Shown: positions 40,051 through 52,890, numbered from the stretch's first letter. The stretch: 64,000 nt of DNA from Priapulus caudatus (GCF_000485595.1 NW_014577085.1:569784-633783); one strand, 5' to 3'. A program made the numbers and translations. Notes: a model not told the origin generated them from the letters alone.

Positions 40051-41315
40051 GTTTTTAAATTCGAGTCTGATGTTCTTGTAAAAGAGTTGTTTTACTTTGG
40101 ATTTAATACGCATATATGTTTCAGCATTTTAATAGAATGCAATGATTTTTATAATATGCATTTGATGCAAATGTTATTTTTTATTAAATAAATACGTATA
40201 TTTAACTTTTAATTATATTTGATTTTTTTGGGTAGCAACTATTCAGTCTTGGATGTTATTTTTTCATTTTCAAAGTTCTGGAGTGACAATTTCAAAGGGA
40301 ATCCTCGAAGAAGAGCAGAGATGTACAAATATCTTATACTTGATGACTATTCTCAAGAAAAGAGGCCTAGATTTCACCGCCCGTGGCTGTGTCCAGCCAC
40401 TGAGGAAGCAATATTTATGTTGCAGGTACAAAACTATTATAAAATTGAGAATAGTGGCACACCTATATAATAACAGGACCTTGAAATTACTTTATTAAAG
40501 GTGCCATTTTTAAGCCGTTCGAAACAATTGTTAATAGCTCTGTAGTGTAATGAAATAAATATTCATGATTTATATTGATCGTTTGATATGCAGATTTTAC
40601 CAAATTGCAGTAACGGTAGCACTATAATATCATGGAATATTTTATATTAAAGTATTGAATATAGTCGAAACTTTTTGCTTCCTGACATAAGTTAACATCA
40701 GTCCTGTAGAACAACAGCTGTTAATAATATGCAAAGTGTAGAGTCAATTTTGCATTTTATATGTCATTGACTCATGATAAATACTGTAAATTATATTTAA
40801 TTTTTTTCCCGTATTTTTAGTTTCAGATTTAGAGTGGTTATTGTATGCTCCATAATAATTTTAGAATTTCACTTGATGTAAGTGTCAGATTTAGTGGGCT
40901 TTGTAGTCACGCAGTAAATATAAATACATGGTATTTACTACCGCTTTGACCCTGTCTATGTTTTGTGTTCAATGTGGTGGTATTTGTTGCTTTATATTAT
41001 ATTGTTTGTCTCACCCAGTCCGGGCTATGCCCTTATGTACAACGTCATGGCTAGGCATATACAAATAAAAATCGGGGGATCATATAGTCCCGCTTTGTCC
41101 GTCTAATCCGAGTATGTTTGTCTGGGCCCGTAAACTTCTGACTCATTGAAAGATACGCTTGTGAAACTTTTAAATATGGATATATGTAGGATGGTATTAA
41201 AGGCTGTGTGTCCAATGCTACTTTTGGGGAGCATATTCCATCAGTTTTACTGTCAGATGTTTTTATGTCAGAAAACAAATAAAAGTTTAAATCTTGATCA
41301 TTTGATATTTTCAGA

Positions 41316-44285
41316 TCATTCTGTGCGCTTGGTGGTTACTAACAAACCAAACATCAAGTCATAAATGATGCACTCGGAAAGGAAAGGGCGTTCAGCGCCA
41401 GTTCCAGCAGCCTTGCAGAGTACACGCGGTTTCAATGATGTCAAGAGAAAGAAGGAAGAAAAGTCAAGATGAAAAGTCCAGCTCTGAAGAGCAATGGCCG
41501 AGGCACTGTACAGTTTACTTCTGCAAGCTCTATCATGCAACAGCACCCAGCATGAAGACAGCGGAACAGACAGTTCAAACACTGGCTGACTGTCCTAATT
41601 GGCTATAGTAAATACCTCGAAGTAACTGGAGACTTCATTGTGGCACTAGCTCTGGATCATCCTGTTCGACACAATCGGCAGAAAGATACAACACTGGACC
41701 ACGAAAGAGCTCTGGAATTACCATCAAACGCGAAATACTCGCCTTTTGGACTCTGCAGAAAGACTGCTGACTCACATTGCCAGTGTTTTTTGATGAGTCA
41801 ACGCACTTGGATAGTGCCAATTTGAAAGTGCCACACAAAGATTCGATATTTTGAGCGAATTACAATCTACTGTGCCAGTTGACATTTTTGCGGTTTTGCC
41901 TGGTGGGTCTTCGCACTACCACCGGTATGTGTTGTGCAAGTCAAAGCTGACGCGATCTGAGCCCGAGGTCTTGACACAAGGGCAAGGCTCTTCAGAAATC
42001 AGACCAAGTCTGCACGAATTTCACACAAGAATGCAAAGGAACATTTCAGAAGCAAATTGGACATATCACCAAGGGTTTCTCCAGGCAGTGAGAGACTGTA
42101 CTCTACACGAGCACTGAAGCTCAGGATGCCTCAGCTCCAGCCAACGCGGTGATGACAGAGAGACTCCGTCTTATTTCCTTGGGGCAAACAGGCAATTGTT
42201 GATGCTGGCGTCGCATGAAGCACTGGTTCGACCAGCATGTGTTTGTCAATGTTCTATTGACAAACTACAAGAGGTCGTCGAGTCTGTTGTGTGCTGCTGG
42301 ATGAGAGGCGACACAACTGTTGCTCATTTGTCTGAGTGGCTGTCACTCGAACGGAAATGATAGCCAAAAAGCAGCTGAAGTATGTCCGCTCGGTACTAAA
42401 AGTCCCATCAGCTATGCCTGGTGAGATTGCCATGTTTGCCTCCAGTAATCCTATGTGACATACGGCACTCAATTTCACGTCTCGAATTCAGTTCAGTATA
42501 AGATACAGAGGCGTCACCTTCGTGTAGGCCATCCAGATGACCATTAGCTGTGCAGCTTAAGTGGCAGTATTTCCAAAGAGAAGGCATGTTGAACTGAGGG
42601 ATGAAGCAACCAGTCCTTTTTGCTAGTGATGACAAAGGCAAAAATGCCACCTGGGAGGAGGCCAGACTGCCCAGTGTAACGGGAAGTCCGAGGAAAGAAA
42701 ACACTTGCTTCCCGTCACCGACACAACTCTGGGGCCTGTGACCATGATATGACCATTCGGCTTCTGTCCCCGTCAGTGATACTTGCAACTGAGATCCCAG
42801 AAAGTTCACAGGAAGTCATTTGTTCGAGGCCCGTGACAACTGTGGTAAGTGATTGCTGTCCTTTAAAGGTTCCAACCATTCCGCCATGCGCCACCGTTGG
42901 TGTAAAATTTGGCTGCCAAGGATGACAAGAAATCATTTGAAATTCACAGTGGGGGAACAGACCAATCGGCAACAATTTTGGCATCCGTGCAAGTGTGCGA
43001 ACCATCCTTGTGTGTTCAAGGAACTTGACTTGATATTGCTAGTCCATGCCACGCTTGTGCACCAATGGCATAGCTTGGACCAATCGCACGCAGAGGCGTA
43101 TAATTGTCCATCTTCAACTTGGACTACAAATTGCTCTCTCTCAAGAGAAATGGGTGATACTCAGCAGAAAGCCTCTTTCCGGAATGTGGCTCGATGTCAA
43201 ACAGGCTCGCGGGCTCATGCAGAGAAAAATCCCAAATACAACATGGCATGGAGAATGTCTGTTGAAACTGCGCAGTCATTGGTGAGAAATAGATTTTGCC
43301 GTCCTGTTCATTGAAGGAGGGCCAGCCATACAAGTGATGGATCCCGTTTTCTGAGAAGAAAATTGACATTGTAAAGCGACTTTTGACGAAGAGCTGTTCC
43401 CTTGACATGAATTTGTCAAAGCTGCAGAAAGGTACACACATCAAAAGTAAAGTCGTACACAGCCTGTGAGAGCAGCATGTTAGGAAAGACATTACACCTT
43501 CCAGATAAAAAAATGTGGTGACCCAAACTGTTTGCATTCCACCCGTGCCTGCGAACGGCTGTCATGGCTGCCAGAGTCCTGTCCTGGACGAAAGTGGTGA
43601 GCACTACTTGAAGTACAAAAGAGGTGATGTCGCAGAAATAATGACACCACAGAGGCTGATAGACCATCCTTAAACCTGTAAAGGAAAGCCCCAGAGAAAG
43701 AGAACGCTCCGCGGCAATTGGAAAACCAGGCGGAAACTGGTGATCGCAACAAATGGACCGAGCGGTCAAGCCAGATGCGGAAGACAACAGCTGTGGCAAG
43801 TTTCCCATTGGCAGACCGCGAAAACATTCCAAGTACAGTGATCCTGCATGACACATATCTGTACACTTGGCAACAAAATGCTAGAGCCAACTGTGCTATT
43901 GTACTGAATGCAGGAAGCCCACGTGTGCTCTACTCAAGAACGGCTGTCTCAGAGGCACAAAGCTGACATTGACTTTTGTGATGAGTGAGTATGATTACAC
44001 ATGTGGTGCGCGCCCTTGTTACCGCCAACCTGTGCTCCATCTCGACAGACCTGTGCATGTGGCGCAACTGGCATTGTCTGTGGTTGCCCAGTCGAATAAT
44101 CCTTACTATAGGCAAGTGCCCATAGGAAAGACTTGACCATATGTGCTTTCTGTCAGCCGAGGCAGGCATGAGGTAATGCGAAATGAAAAAAGAAGTTTAA
44201 AACTGTAGGCTAACCTCTTGTGCCAGAATTGCTGTGAAGAAGGCCGAAAGGCAATAGTGTATCGGCCCTTCGGGACCAAAATAAA
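41316..44285 (+). mobile_element. Zator-like (TP36/ISAzo13-related) DDE transposase, main exon, heavily frameshifted
   Basis: Motifs read across frames: ADERRH, NP....NFTSR..VQYKIQRRHLR..HPDDH, SDDK.K.P.GE..PV.TG.RGK, CDHDM, F(TD)GG.DQ, AP..SWTN.AER..SI.NLG, followed by C..C.KP, YTCG, C..C Cys clusters. ttttcag acceptor at 41315. Confidence 0.7.
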
Positions 44286-44568
44286 GACTGTATTTGTGCA
44301 AAATTGTATTTTCATTGGTTCAGTTTATAAACAAAATAAAAAAAAAACAAATAAACAGTTTGTATTTAATAATATTGAATGGTAAACGCTGAATGACATT
44401 TTAATGCTAGAAACAGAATGCAAACAATAGACTTCTACTAGATATTTAGCATGTCAGACTGTGGGAAGTGGGGTCTATAAGTGCTGTTTATTTGTTTGCC
44501 GACAATGTTTTTCAGGAATCGTTTTCAGAATTACTTGCTAGAACTTTGAGAAATTTCAGCTGTCTGAG

Positions 44569-45060
44569 CAGGGGTCGAAATTAGATTTTTATTATGGTAT
44601 CCATTCGGGGATACGCAGGTATTGAAATCTGGTATCCCCAAAAGATCTGTATCGCCGATTTTTTTTTGGCAAATCCAAATCCTCTGAAATATGCAATAAT
44701 AGGCATTTGAAATTATTAATATGTAATGTTATATTATTAATAAAAATCTCGCTCGGCCGGAGTCTAATGATTTAGTGGGCTGACGTGGGCCATTCGCGAG
44801 CATTTCATTTTACCCATTAGAATATATACCAGACACCTAGTGTTATATCAGGAGTGGTTATGATACTGTACACACACTGGCAGTACTGACTGCAGACGTA
44901 TTGTAATTAGACGCAGTTGTCTGGCTCGCTGATAGCAATCATGATAGCAATGTATATCACATGTCGCGTACAATATGATCAACATCGCCACCCTTGCGCT
45001 TGCAAATATGGCTATGCCTGCTGGTAATAAAAACGCTAGTGTGGACATAGTAACTTAGCT
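44569..45060. mobile_element. hAT-like non-autonomous element, left part (a related right part lies at about 39370-39788)
   Basis: CAGGGGTCGAAATTAG here mirrors CTAATTTCGACC at 39777. Both share the 'ctgcagacgtattgt...gctagtgtg' internal block. Confidence 0.6.
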
Positions 45061-45494
45061 AACTAAATAGCCCGGCGCACACGTGGCGATTTTGTCGGAC
45101 AGAACCGGCGATTTGTCGCAGGCAACAAAATCGGCCGAGAAATCGCGCACGTGTGCGCTGCCGCGCGTCACCGATTTTGACGCCGCAGAAAACTCGTCGG
45201 GCTGGAATATCAAACAATTTTGAATATTTGTTGCCCAGTCGCAACAATCGCTACGTGTACAGCTGTACTGCCCAGATAGGCATGCTTACGTTGGGCCAAC
45301 GTTGGCATTTGGTTGGCACGGTCACGGTTGGCAATATGACGTTGGCCAGACGTTGGGCAAACGTTGGCACGGTCATGGTTGGCATGTGGTTTGGCAATAT
45401 GACGTTGGCCACGTTGGCGTATGGTTGGCATGGTCACGGGTTGGCAAGTGGTTGGCTGCAATGCCGTTGGCCAACGGTTGGCGTNNNNNNNNNN

Positions 45495-46154
45495 CTGCTG
45501 TGCTATGGACTACGCAGCGATCAATCTTATTGCTGCATGAGAAGGGGCGATGTCATGCCGATCAGAACAACTGGAAGACGACTCTATCTCAGTACCTCCT
45601 CTCTGACGACATGCGCCTGCTTCTCAGTGACATGGACGTTTTACCTGAAATGGGTGTCGAACCAATATTGATGCAAAATATCACTTACGGTTCATTTCTC
45701 GCACCCGAACACGACGTTGTCGCCTTCACTGAGTTGTAAGTCATCCACTACAGTAGCTGCGTGAAGGCGCTTGCTGCCAAGACAGGTAAAGTTTGGGATG
45801 TCTGGAAGATACGACGGTGCGTGTGATCGCATGTTGCCGAGAAACTCCAACCTGATGCGACGTCTCGCAGATATCCACGCGCAGTGCAAAATAGTAGACC
45901 CAATACAGCGTATGAGTATGGAGGATGTGCTGCTAGGCTATTCACGTGTGTTTATAAGCATGTATGGTGAACAACACTTTCTAGAAAAACACAACGATAC
46001 AAGGGCATATTGGCATATGGTCGAATTAAAATCAACGCATTGCAACAGCAAAATAGTATTTACTAAGAAATATTGTAAGAGTTCATGCTATTCCTGTACA
46101 GGCGAATACATATTTACTAAGTTCACAATATATTTCTATACAGCGGCAGGCTAA
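45495..46154 (+). pseudogene. POMK: POMK-like kinase, 3' part of exon 2 through the stop codon (few indels)
   Basis: HEKGRCHADQNNWKTTLSQYLLSDDMRLLLSDMDVLP..GSFLAPE..WDVWKI..DIHAQCKIVDPIQRMSMEDVL..YSRV, compared with POMK DIWKIP and DIHKACK...ERPTAQDVL..YQKV. Confidence 0.85.
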
Positions 46155-46433
46155 TATAAAAACGAGTTAATACGTGCATTTTCTCCTGGATTTAACGACA
46201 TTCCCTCTGTTCGAATAACAAGGAAACCTCTGTTACAAAATCTCTAGGGACCAATCATGCGTATGCAGGACGGTTTAACTGTCTTTAAGCTTTCTATGGA
46301 AGTGAAGTTATGCAAATTTTTTGTTTATGTGTATGAGGATGCAATACGTTATAAATTATACGTTATGAATAGAGAAACTCCTGGTTTACTACGCAACATC
46401 TCTACCCGATTATATTAATTTCATTGCCTATGT

Positions 46434-46688
46434 CAGCTGCCGCTCGTCTGCTTGCTCCTGACTTAAGGACTGAATGTATTGTTCTGCATATCGGGCGTCA
46501 CCTAGCTCATAGTATTCCACAGCAAACTCCTGCGTTATCTCACAGACGCCAATCAGCTGCACTACAAGCGGATTTGGTTGCAGCAACTGGTAGTTTGCCA
46601 GTGCTTGTTTATGCACTATCTTATTCTTGGCTATAGGAAGTTGCATCAGCACGATCTTATGCCTTTTAAAAGTAGCCTGAAATACTTT
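46434..46688 (-). pseudogene. POMK: POMK-like kinase, 5' part of exon 2; exon 1 is deleted
   Basis: ttgcag|KVFQATFKRHKIVLMQL...ERQL. It stops where 45495 (+) resumes (LLC/MDY). Confidence 0.85.
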
Positions 46689-47500
46689 CTGCAAAGTGAA
46701 ATGAAATAATGCATTAGTTTAGTAAACACACGGGACACGTGACACGTCTATGTAACGTCTGTGACAGAACATAATTACACTTCGTCTCCTTATAATATAT
46801 CTTGTTAATATTAATACGGTACAGATGAAGTTATCGTGAGTTTTTCTTAAAACATCTTCAACGGTGGCAAACCTTCTAAGAAGGAGAGGAAGCGAGTTAG
46901 TTGTTTCTAGGTCGCAACGGAGAGAGTTGACGTGTTTGACAGCCACACTATTATAAGGGCGAGCCGGTGCGAGAGTAAGTGTAAGTGAATTACGTGTTTA
47001 ATTTAGATGTGATAGTACAAGATGTTTATCTTTATTTAAATTCATCAGTGGTCCTTCTTCCTTGTCCTGAATTTATTGCACATTTTTCTTCCCGCATAGC
47101 CTAGTCTGTGTGCAACCAACTAACCAACCACGCCTACATAGCACAACGGGCCACGGATCGGGAGTGACATACACAAACAACCGACAATTATCTATACTCT
47201 ACAGTTTACCTTGTAAAGTCCAATAGATTTTATTAATCTCGTTACGCCAAGGTCACTCAACTCCTGACAATTGAGCCATTTTCGACAGACGTGCATTCCT
47301 TGCAGAGCAAACTGTCCGTGCTCGCAGCATGGCTGATTCTCCAGTGTTCCTCCTGAGCGGACGCATGCTTGCAAACTCTACATACACGATTAATCTAATG
47401 TTCAGCTGGCATAGAACACACATTACAATACTTTTATAATATATAGGTGACTTATATAACGTTGAAATTTGGCGTATGTTACAGCTTTTGATTGGCTTAC

Positions 47501-47616
47501 CTGATGCTTTGCTTTAGATGTCGATACTGAGGCATTCAGCGAGGACAAAACTTCTCTGGTCAGTAGGCCTGCGGATTCCTTTCCTACGACGACAGTTCTT
47601 ACGTCTAGCTCGTGAC
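47501..47616 (-). other. Candidate orphan 116-bp exon, product unknown
   Basis: atttcctgcag| ... CAG|gtaag consensus sites. One open frame reads HELDVRTVVVGKESAGLLTREVLSSLNASVSTSKAKHQ. Confidence 0.3.
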
Positions 47617-48745
47617 CTGCAGGAAATCATGATGTAGTAATTGTTAAGATTGTGGAAAGGCTAAACGGACTAAACTGACGTCCTTCGTTTGTTTGCACGT
47701 TTAGCGTTAACTGACATCAACAGATCGAGCTATCATTTGAAAAATCTCACAAGTGAACGCAAACTTAGACGATACATGAGCAGAAACTACATCCAACCAG
47801 TAAATGTAGTAATGGTGGACCGGGACACATGAATTACTATAGGATTGGGTATAGCGTTCTATGCTCTGATAAAATACGAATATTTAGGCTTAATTAAGCT
47901 TCAACGATTTAGCAAATATGTGATTCTCGAGAATATTTCAAACGATGTATAATATCATTTAGAAAGATAACTAGTGTGGGTTTGATACTACTGCTGCCAC
48001 TATTGGTCTAGTACTGCTATGGTCAAGGGTGGTGGAGATGGACCTGAACGACCTTAACCCCTCCGCGTCGGAGACCTTATCCGCTGTGTCGGGAAATATC
48101 TGGTGCCACCCCTGCGGCCCTGCCCACGACGCTATTGCTGCTGCTATTGTTTTTGTTAAAGCCGCTGCCATCGTCGTTGTTGTCGTTTCTTTATCAAGCA
48201 GGAGTCGTGACGGATTTCTAATTTCCCGTGATAACTATATTAGGTACTACAAGAACGAACTCTGTCTGTCTGCCTGCTATGGCTGCTATGCATTCCGCCG
48301 TTTACTGGTTTAGGATACCCAAATTTCCCAATTGTTATGTGATCACCAGTATGGGCGCATGAGCACATTTATAAGGATACGCTAAAAAACGACTATTTAA
48401 AAGCAAGTGAAATATGAAAAGTACGAACGCTTCGAAATGGCTGTTGTTGTCGTAGCGCGCTATGCATGTTGGTATGGCTCGCAGCGCATTCTGCGATAGC
48501 GTGCGCTAACGAAATTAACCAACGTAACTGAACGTGCCTAATCATAGTAGACTGAGCGGTTCGTTATGACAGAAATGCTGGCAGGTTTCCGTTTCGGTTT
48601 TGCTTTCGATGTCATGCGTAAGCTGGTGCCGGTGTTTCTCGATTGCCACTGTGTCTGTATGGTGTACGGTTTGTCAAATTAGTCCAACCATATGTCGGTT
48701 TACAAACACACCATCTTTTCCACCAACCATACACATTGTAACGTA

Positions 48746-51700
48746 CGGTGGCGCAGAAGGCTCATCACAAATACAAATCCCACAACACAAATACAAATCC
48801 CACAACACAAATACAAATCCCGCAACACAAATGCAAATCCCGCAACACAAATGCAAACGTCACAGCACAAATACAAACGCCACAACACAAATGCAAAATC
48901 CCACAACACAAATGCAAACGCCACAACACAAATGCAAAATCCCCTGCCCGCGCCCGCCTGTACTGTCTGTACTGGGCGCATTGTATACAGCTGTTAACCC
49001 CCCCCCCTCCGCACACACACTATCACGCTATATATGGCCGGTAGGAAAGTGTATTTACCTATCATATCTCGCGAACTATATGAGTTACGTTTCTAGAATT
49101 CTACATGCATAATGATACATGTCTTAGCAATAACCTCTGTGAGTGTCGAGTTTATTGACGCACGATTAGTCTAATTAATTAGCTGTAATTCACGCGCGGT
49201 AATGCCCATATGCTTATACAGGCATAGTAGGCGTATGGCCGGTAGGAAAGTGTATTTACCTATCATATCTCACGAACTATATGAGTTACGTTTCTAGAAT
49301 TATACATGCATGATGATACATGTCTTAGCAACAATCTCTGTGAGTGTCGATTTTATTGTAGGACGATTAGCCTCATTAATTAGCAAATATGCACGCGTCA
49401 CGCGTTGGCTCTTTCTAACACCGCCATCAATAAACTCAATCTTCACAGAGATCATAGCTATTAGCGTTACCGCGCGTATGTTGAACAGTGATACAGGGAG
49501 GAGGTCGCGGAGGAGGGGGAGAACGTGGGGGAGGAGGTGGAGGAGGAGGAGGAGGAGGTGGGGGAGGGGGTGGAGGAGGAGGAGGATAAGGAGAGGNNNN
49601 NNNNNNTATATATATATATATATATATTGATCTGGTGTAATAATAAAAACTTCACAATATTAGTGGTTATAGTTCGATAGGTGTCCCTTCACTTTGTTCT
49701 TCATTTGACGTGTCATTAGATATTACAGTTGGAAGTAATTTTCCATTGGCCTACCATTCCAATTCATTCTATTCAATCTTCCTTTACTATGGCTAAACAT
49801 TTCATTGAATCAGCCGGCGTTACTTGATAAATGATAATACCAGCCGGCGACGCTACACTGCGAGGAAACACATTTTGTCAAACTCAAACGGGAATATTAA
49901 CTCAAATAATCATAGTCTTTCATCCTTTTTGACAATACTTATTTTCGCGAAATACACGCACAACTGACCATTCGCAAAATGTTGTTTTTTGTCCACTGAA
50001 AAGTCCGGATCGAGTATATACACAGCCACACGATTGTACACTTGTAGGTAGACACACCCACTTCGGCATATTGAGCAAGAAATTCAGTTTAAGGTACAGT
50101 CTGTTTCGTTTGAACGATAATATACATCACGTTTCTTTACCCAGCTACCTCATCCAGCTATCTCACTCAGCTATCTCACTCAGCTACCTCATCCAGCTAT
50201 CTCACTGGGTGAGATAGCTGGGTGAGGTAGCTGGGTGAGATAGCTGGGTGAGATAGCTGGGTGAGATAGCTGGGTATTGATTTCACATTTCACATTTCAC
50301 ATTTCATCTTTTTTTTAACCCAATGTTGGACATCTGGGTGAGATAGCTGGGTGAGGTAGCTGGGTGAGATAGCTGGGTGAGATAGCTGGGTGAGATAGCT
50401 GGGTGAGATAGCTGAGTGAGGTAGCTGGGTGAGATAGCTGAGTGAGATAGCTGAGTGAGGTAGCTGGGTGAGATAGCTGAGTGAGATAGCTGAGTGAGGT
50501 AGCTGGGTGAGATAGCTGGGTGAGATAGCTGTCTTAATTGCTTTTCAGAGCTTAATTGCTTAATTGCTTTTCAGAGCTTAATTGCTTTTCAGAGGGTTAA
50601 ACTCTCTGAATGTCTCCATGCGTAACGTGCGCAAACTCTTGGACTTGCCCAGTAACGAGCGCGAGGCTGCAGCGTAGACACCTAAGATCTCAGCACTGTG
50701 ACCTTACAGGTTTCAGTGATGCTTACATGGGATGCGCATGCCAGCTCTCGTGGACAAATCAAGCGACAGCAGCCGCCGCACGCTTAGCTGGCGTAATGCG
50801 CAGCGCCGCGAAACGAAATCGTTTTCTGTGGGTCGTCAGAGCGAAGCCCGGAGACGCCATGTTAATCCTCCTTCCGTACAACTTATTGCGATATCTGTCT
50901 CGTGTGATTGGTCTTTGTATCGGCCCAGATAAGCTGGCAAATTAATTTCCGTTCGTGGCTGCGCGTACGGACACTCGACCGGCATCTTATCCTTCTTACA
51001 CACACTCTCTCTCTATCTCTCTTTCTCTATCTACGTCTTTTTCTCCTCATCACCGCATTTCTTCTCGATCATTCCCTTATCTATTACCGCGATATCTCTG
51101 CCCGTCTCTATCGGTTTCGCAATTTCTATCGGAGACATTCTTATTCATTATGTGAGCACGCTCTTATCGCTGTGTTTTTCTCTCTACCTCCGTCCCTTTA
51201 CTCTCGCCTTCTTTCGATCAACGGACAAATTGTATACCTGTTGGTGGCGACGCCGTATGGGCGTTTGTGTAAAGGTTTCACAGCAATAAAACTACTTACA
51301 CGTTTTCTACAACGATGCAGGTCGGTTCACATATGTAAGTGTATTTAGTCTGATGTTATTCTTTAATTAAACGCGTTGGTTGTATGACCGATGCATAAAG
51401 TAATCCATCTTCGTTGGGATTGATCTATCCGTCTTCATCGTTCGCACCACACACCACGCGGCGATTCAGCCGAATTCACAGTACAGCAATCGTATCATAG
51501 ACCGGTGATAACGGCCGGAGGGATTATTGCGACATTACACAAGGGGGATCACGCAAGGGAAATATTATAAAAAAGGGAAATGATAAAGTAAGAAATAAAA
51601 TAAAAAGGAGAAACGGTACACTAAGTAACGCCTACATTACGCTGACGTTAGCTTGACGTGACATTCGATGAGCCTTAGAAATAAGTCAATTAATCAGATG

Positions 51701-52293
51701 CCCGTATATGCTGCTTGTGTATTTATAGCAATTTATAATCGCAGTTTCTCCGAAAACAATTAGGAGAGCATACATGTAATATAGAAAGCAAAGAATGCCG
51801 TAAGAAAGAGGCAATTAGGCAATTAAAACAACGGGTTTAATTCACAAGTTTATGCATGAAATGGCACATCCACGACGGGTCACCTACTATAATATGACCG
51901 CGACATGTGTAATACGGCAGCGATTCTAAAGAATTTCTCCTAACGAGCGAATCTGCGGCCTGTATATATATGCGCCTGCAGATCAGTTCATCAGCAATCG
52001 GCGCGCTCGGGCCTCAAGTCGATACGAACCGTATATAGCAGACACTTGAGTGCGACTCTCTCTCCGCAGCTAATTGCTCGTCCTTCCCCCTTACAGTTAC
52101 TGCAGCTCCCCGCTTAAAGCCAGCGATGCCGTCGGTCGCTGATGATGATGATGATGATGATGAGGATGAAGATGATGATGATGATGATGTGAAATACAGG
52201 TGCTGTACACAGCGTGATGGCAGACGCCATAGGATAGTTTCCTCCCGATATTAGACAAGCATGTATATAGTCCTCTAATATAGATTTACCGCG

Positions 52294-52334
<41 letters not shown>

Positions 52335-52417
52335 NNNNNNNNNNATTTGCATTTGTGTTGCGGGATTTGCATTTGTGTTGTGGGATTTGTATTTGTGGTG
52401 AGCCTTCTGCGCCACCG
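48746..52417. mobile_element. TA-flanked non-autonomous DNA transposon with 20-bp subterminal tandem repeats
   Basis: TA|CGGTGGCGCAGAAGGCTC...(cacaacacaaatacaaatcc)n at the left end, with its reverse complement ...GAGCCTTCTGCGCCACCG|TA at the right. Two N-gaps inside make the pairing uncertain. Confidence 0.65.
50139..50531. repeat. 14-bp (GGTGAGATAGCTG-type) minisatellite in both orientations
   Basis: 'cagctatctcac' units switch to 'gtgagatagctg' units near 50185. Confidence 0.9.
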
Positions 52418-52418
52418 T

Positions 52419-52890
52419 AGTACTATGATGCCACTGAATGAGGGTAAGATTCGGCTAGTAACAAAAATTGGGGTTCAAAATGCACCACCACGGGGCGTCA
52501 CGTCACTTACGGCTTATTACATCACTTTCCCGTCACCATGGCACCACGTCACTTACGGTTTATTGCTTCACTTTTTGCCACCATGGCACCACGTCACTTC
52601 CGGTTTATTACGTCACTTTCCCGCCACCATGGCGCCACGTACGTCACTTCCGGTTTATTACGTCACTTTCCCGCCACCATGGCGCCACGTCACTTCCGGT
52701 CTATTACGTCACTTTCCCGCCACCATGTCGCCACGTCACTTCCGGTCTATGACGTCACTTTCTCGACACTAGCCGCCAGGGGGCGCCACGCCACTTCCGG
52801 CCTATGCCGTCATTTCCGGGGGCACGTCACTTCCTGTCTATGACGTCACGTCACGTGGGCGTGGTCACGTGACGTCTCTAAACCAATCAG
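52419..52890 (+). repeat. Dispersed repeat with a tandem CACGTCACTTCCGG / CCACCATGGC array
   Basis: The head is shared with 19382-19472. About 43-bp units follow. An inverted noisy piece lies at 22615-22740. Confidence 0.8.

Noticed and set aside
41316..44285. Programmed frameshifting or editing to explain the broken transposase and kinase copies
   Set aside because: The indels are dense, differ between copies and also affect non-coding duplicates, which fits sequencing error.
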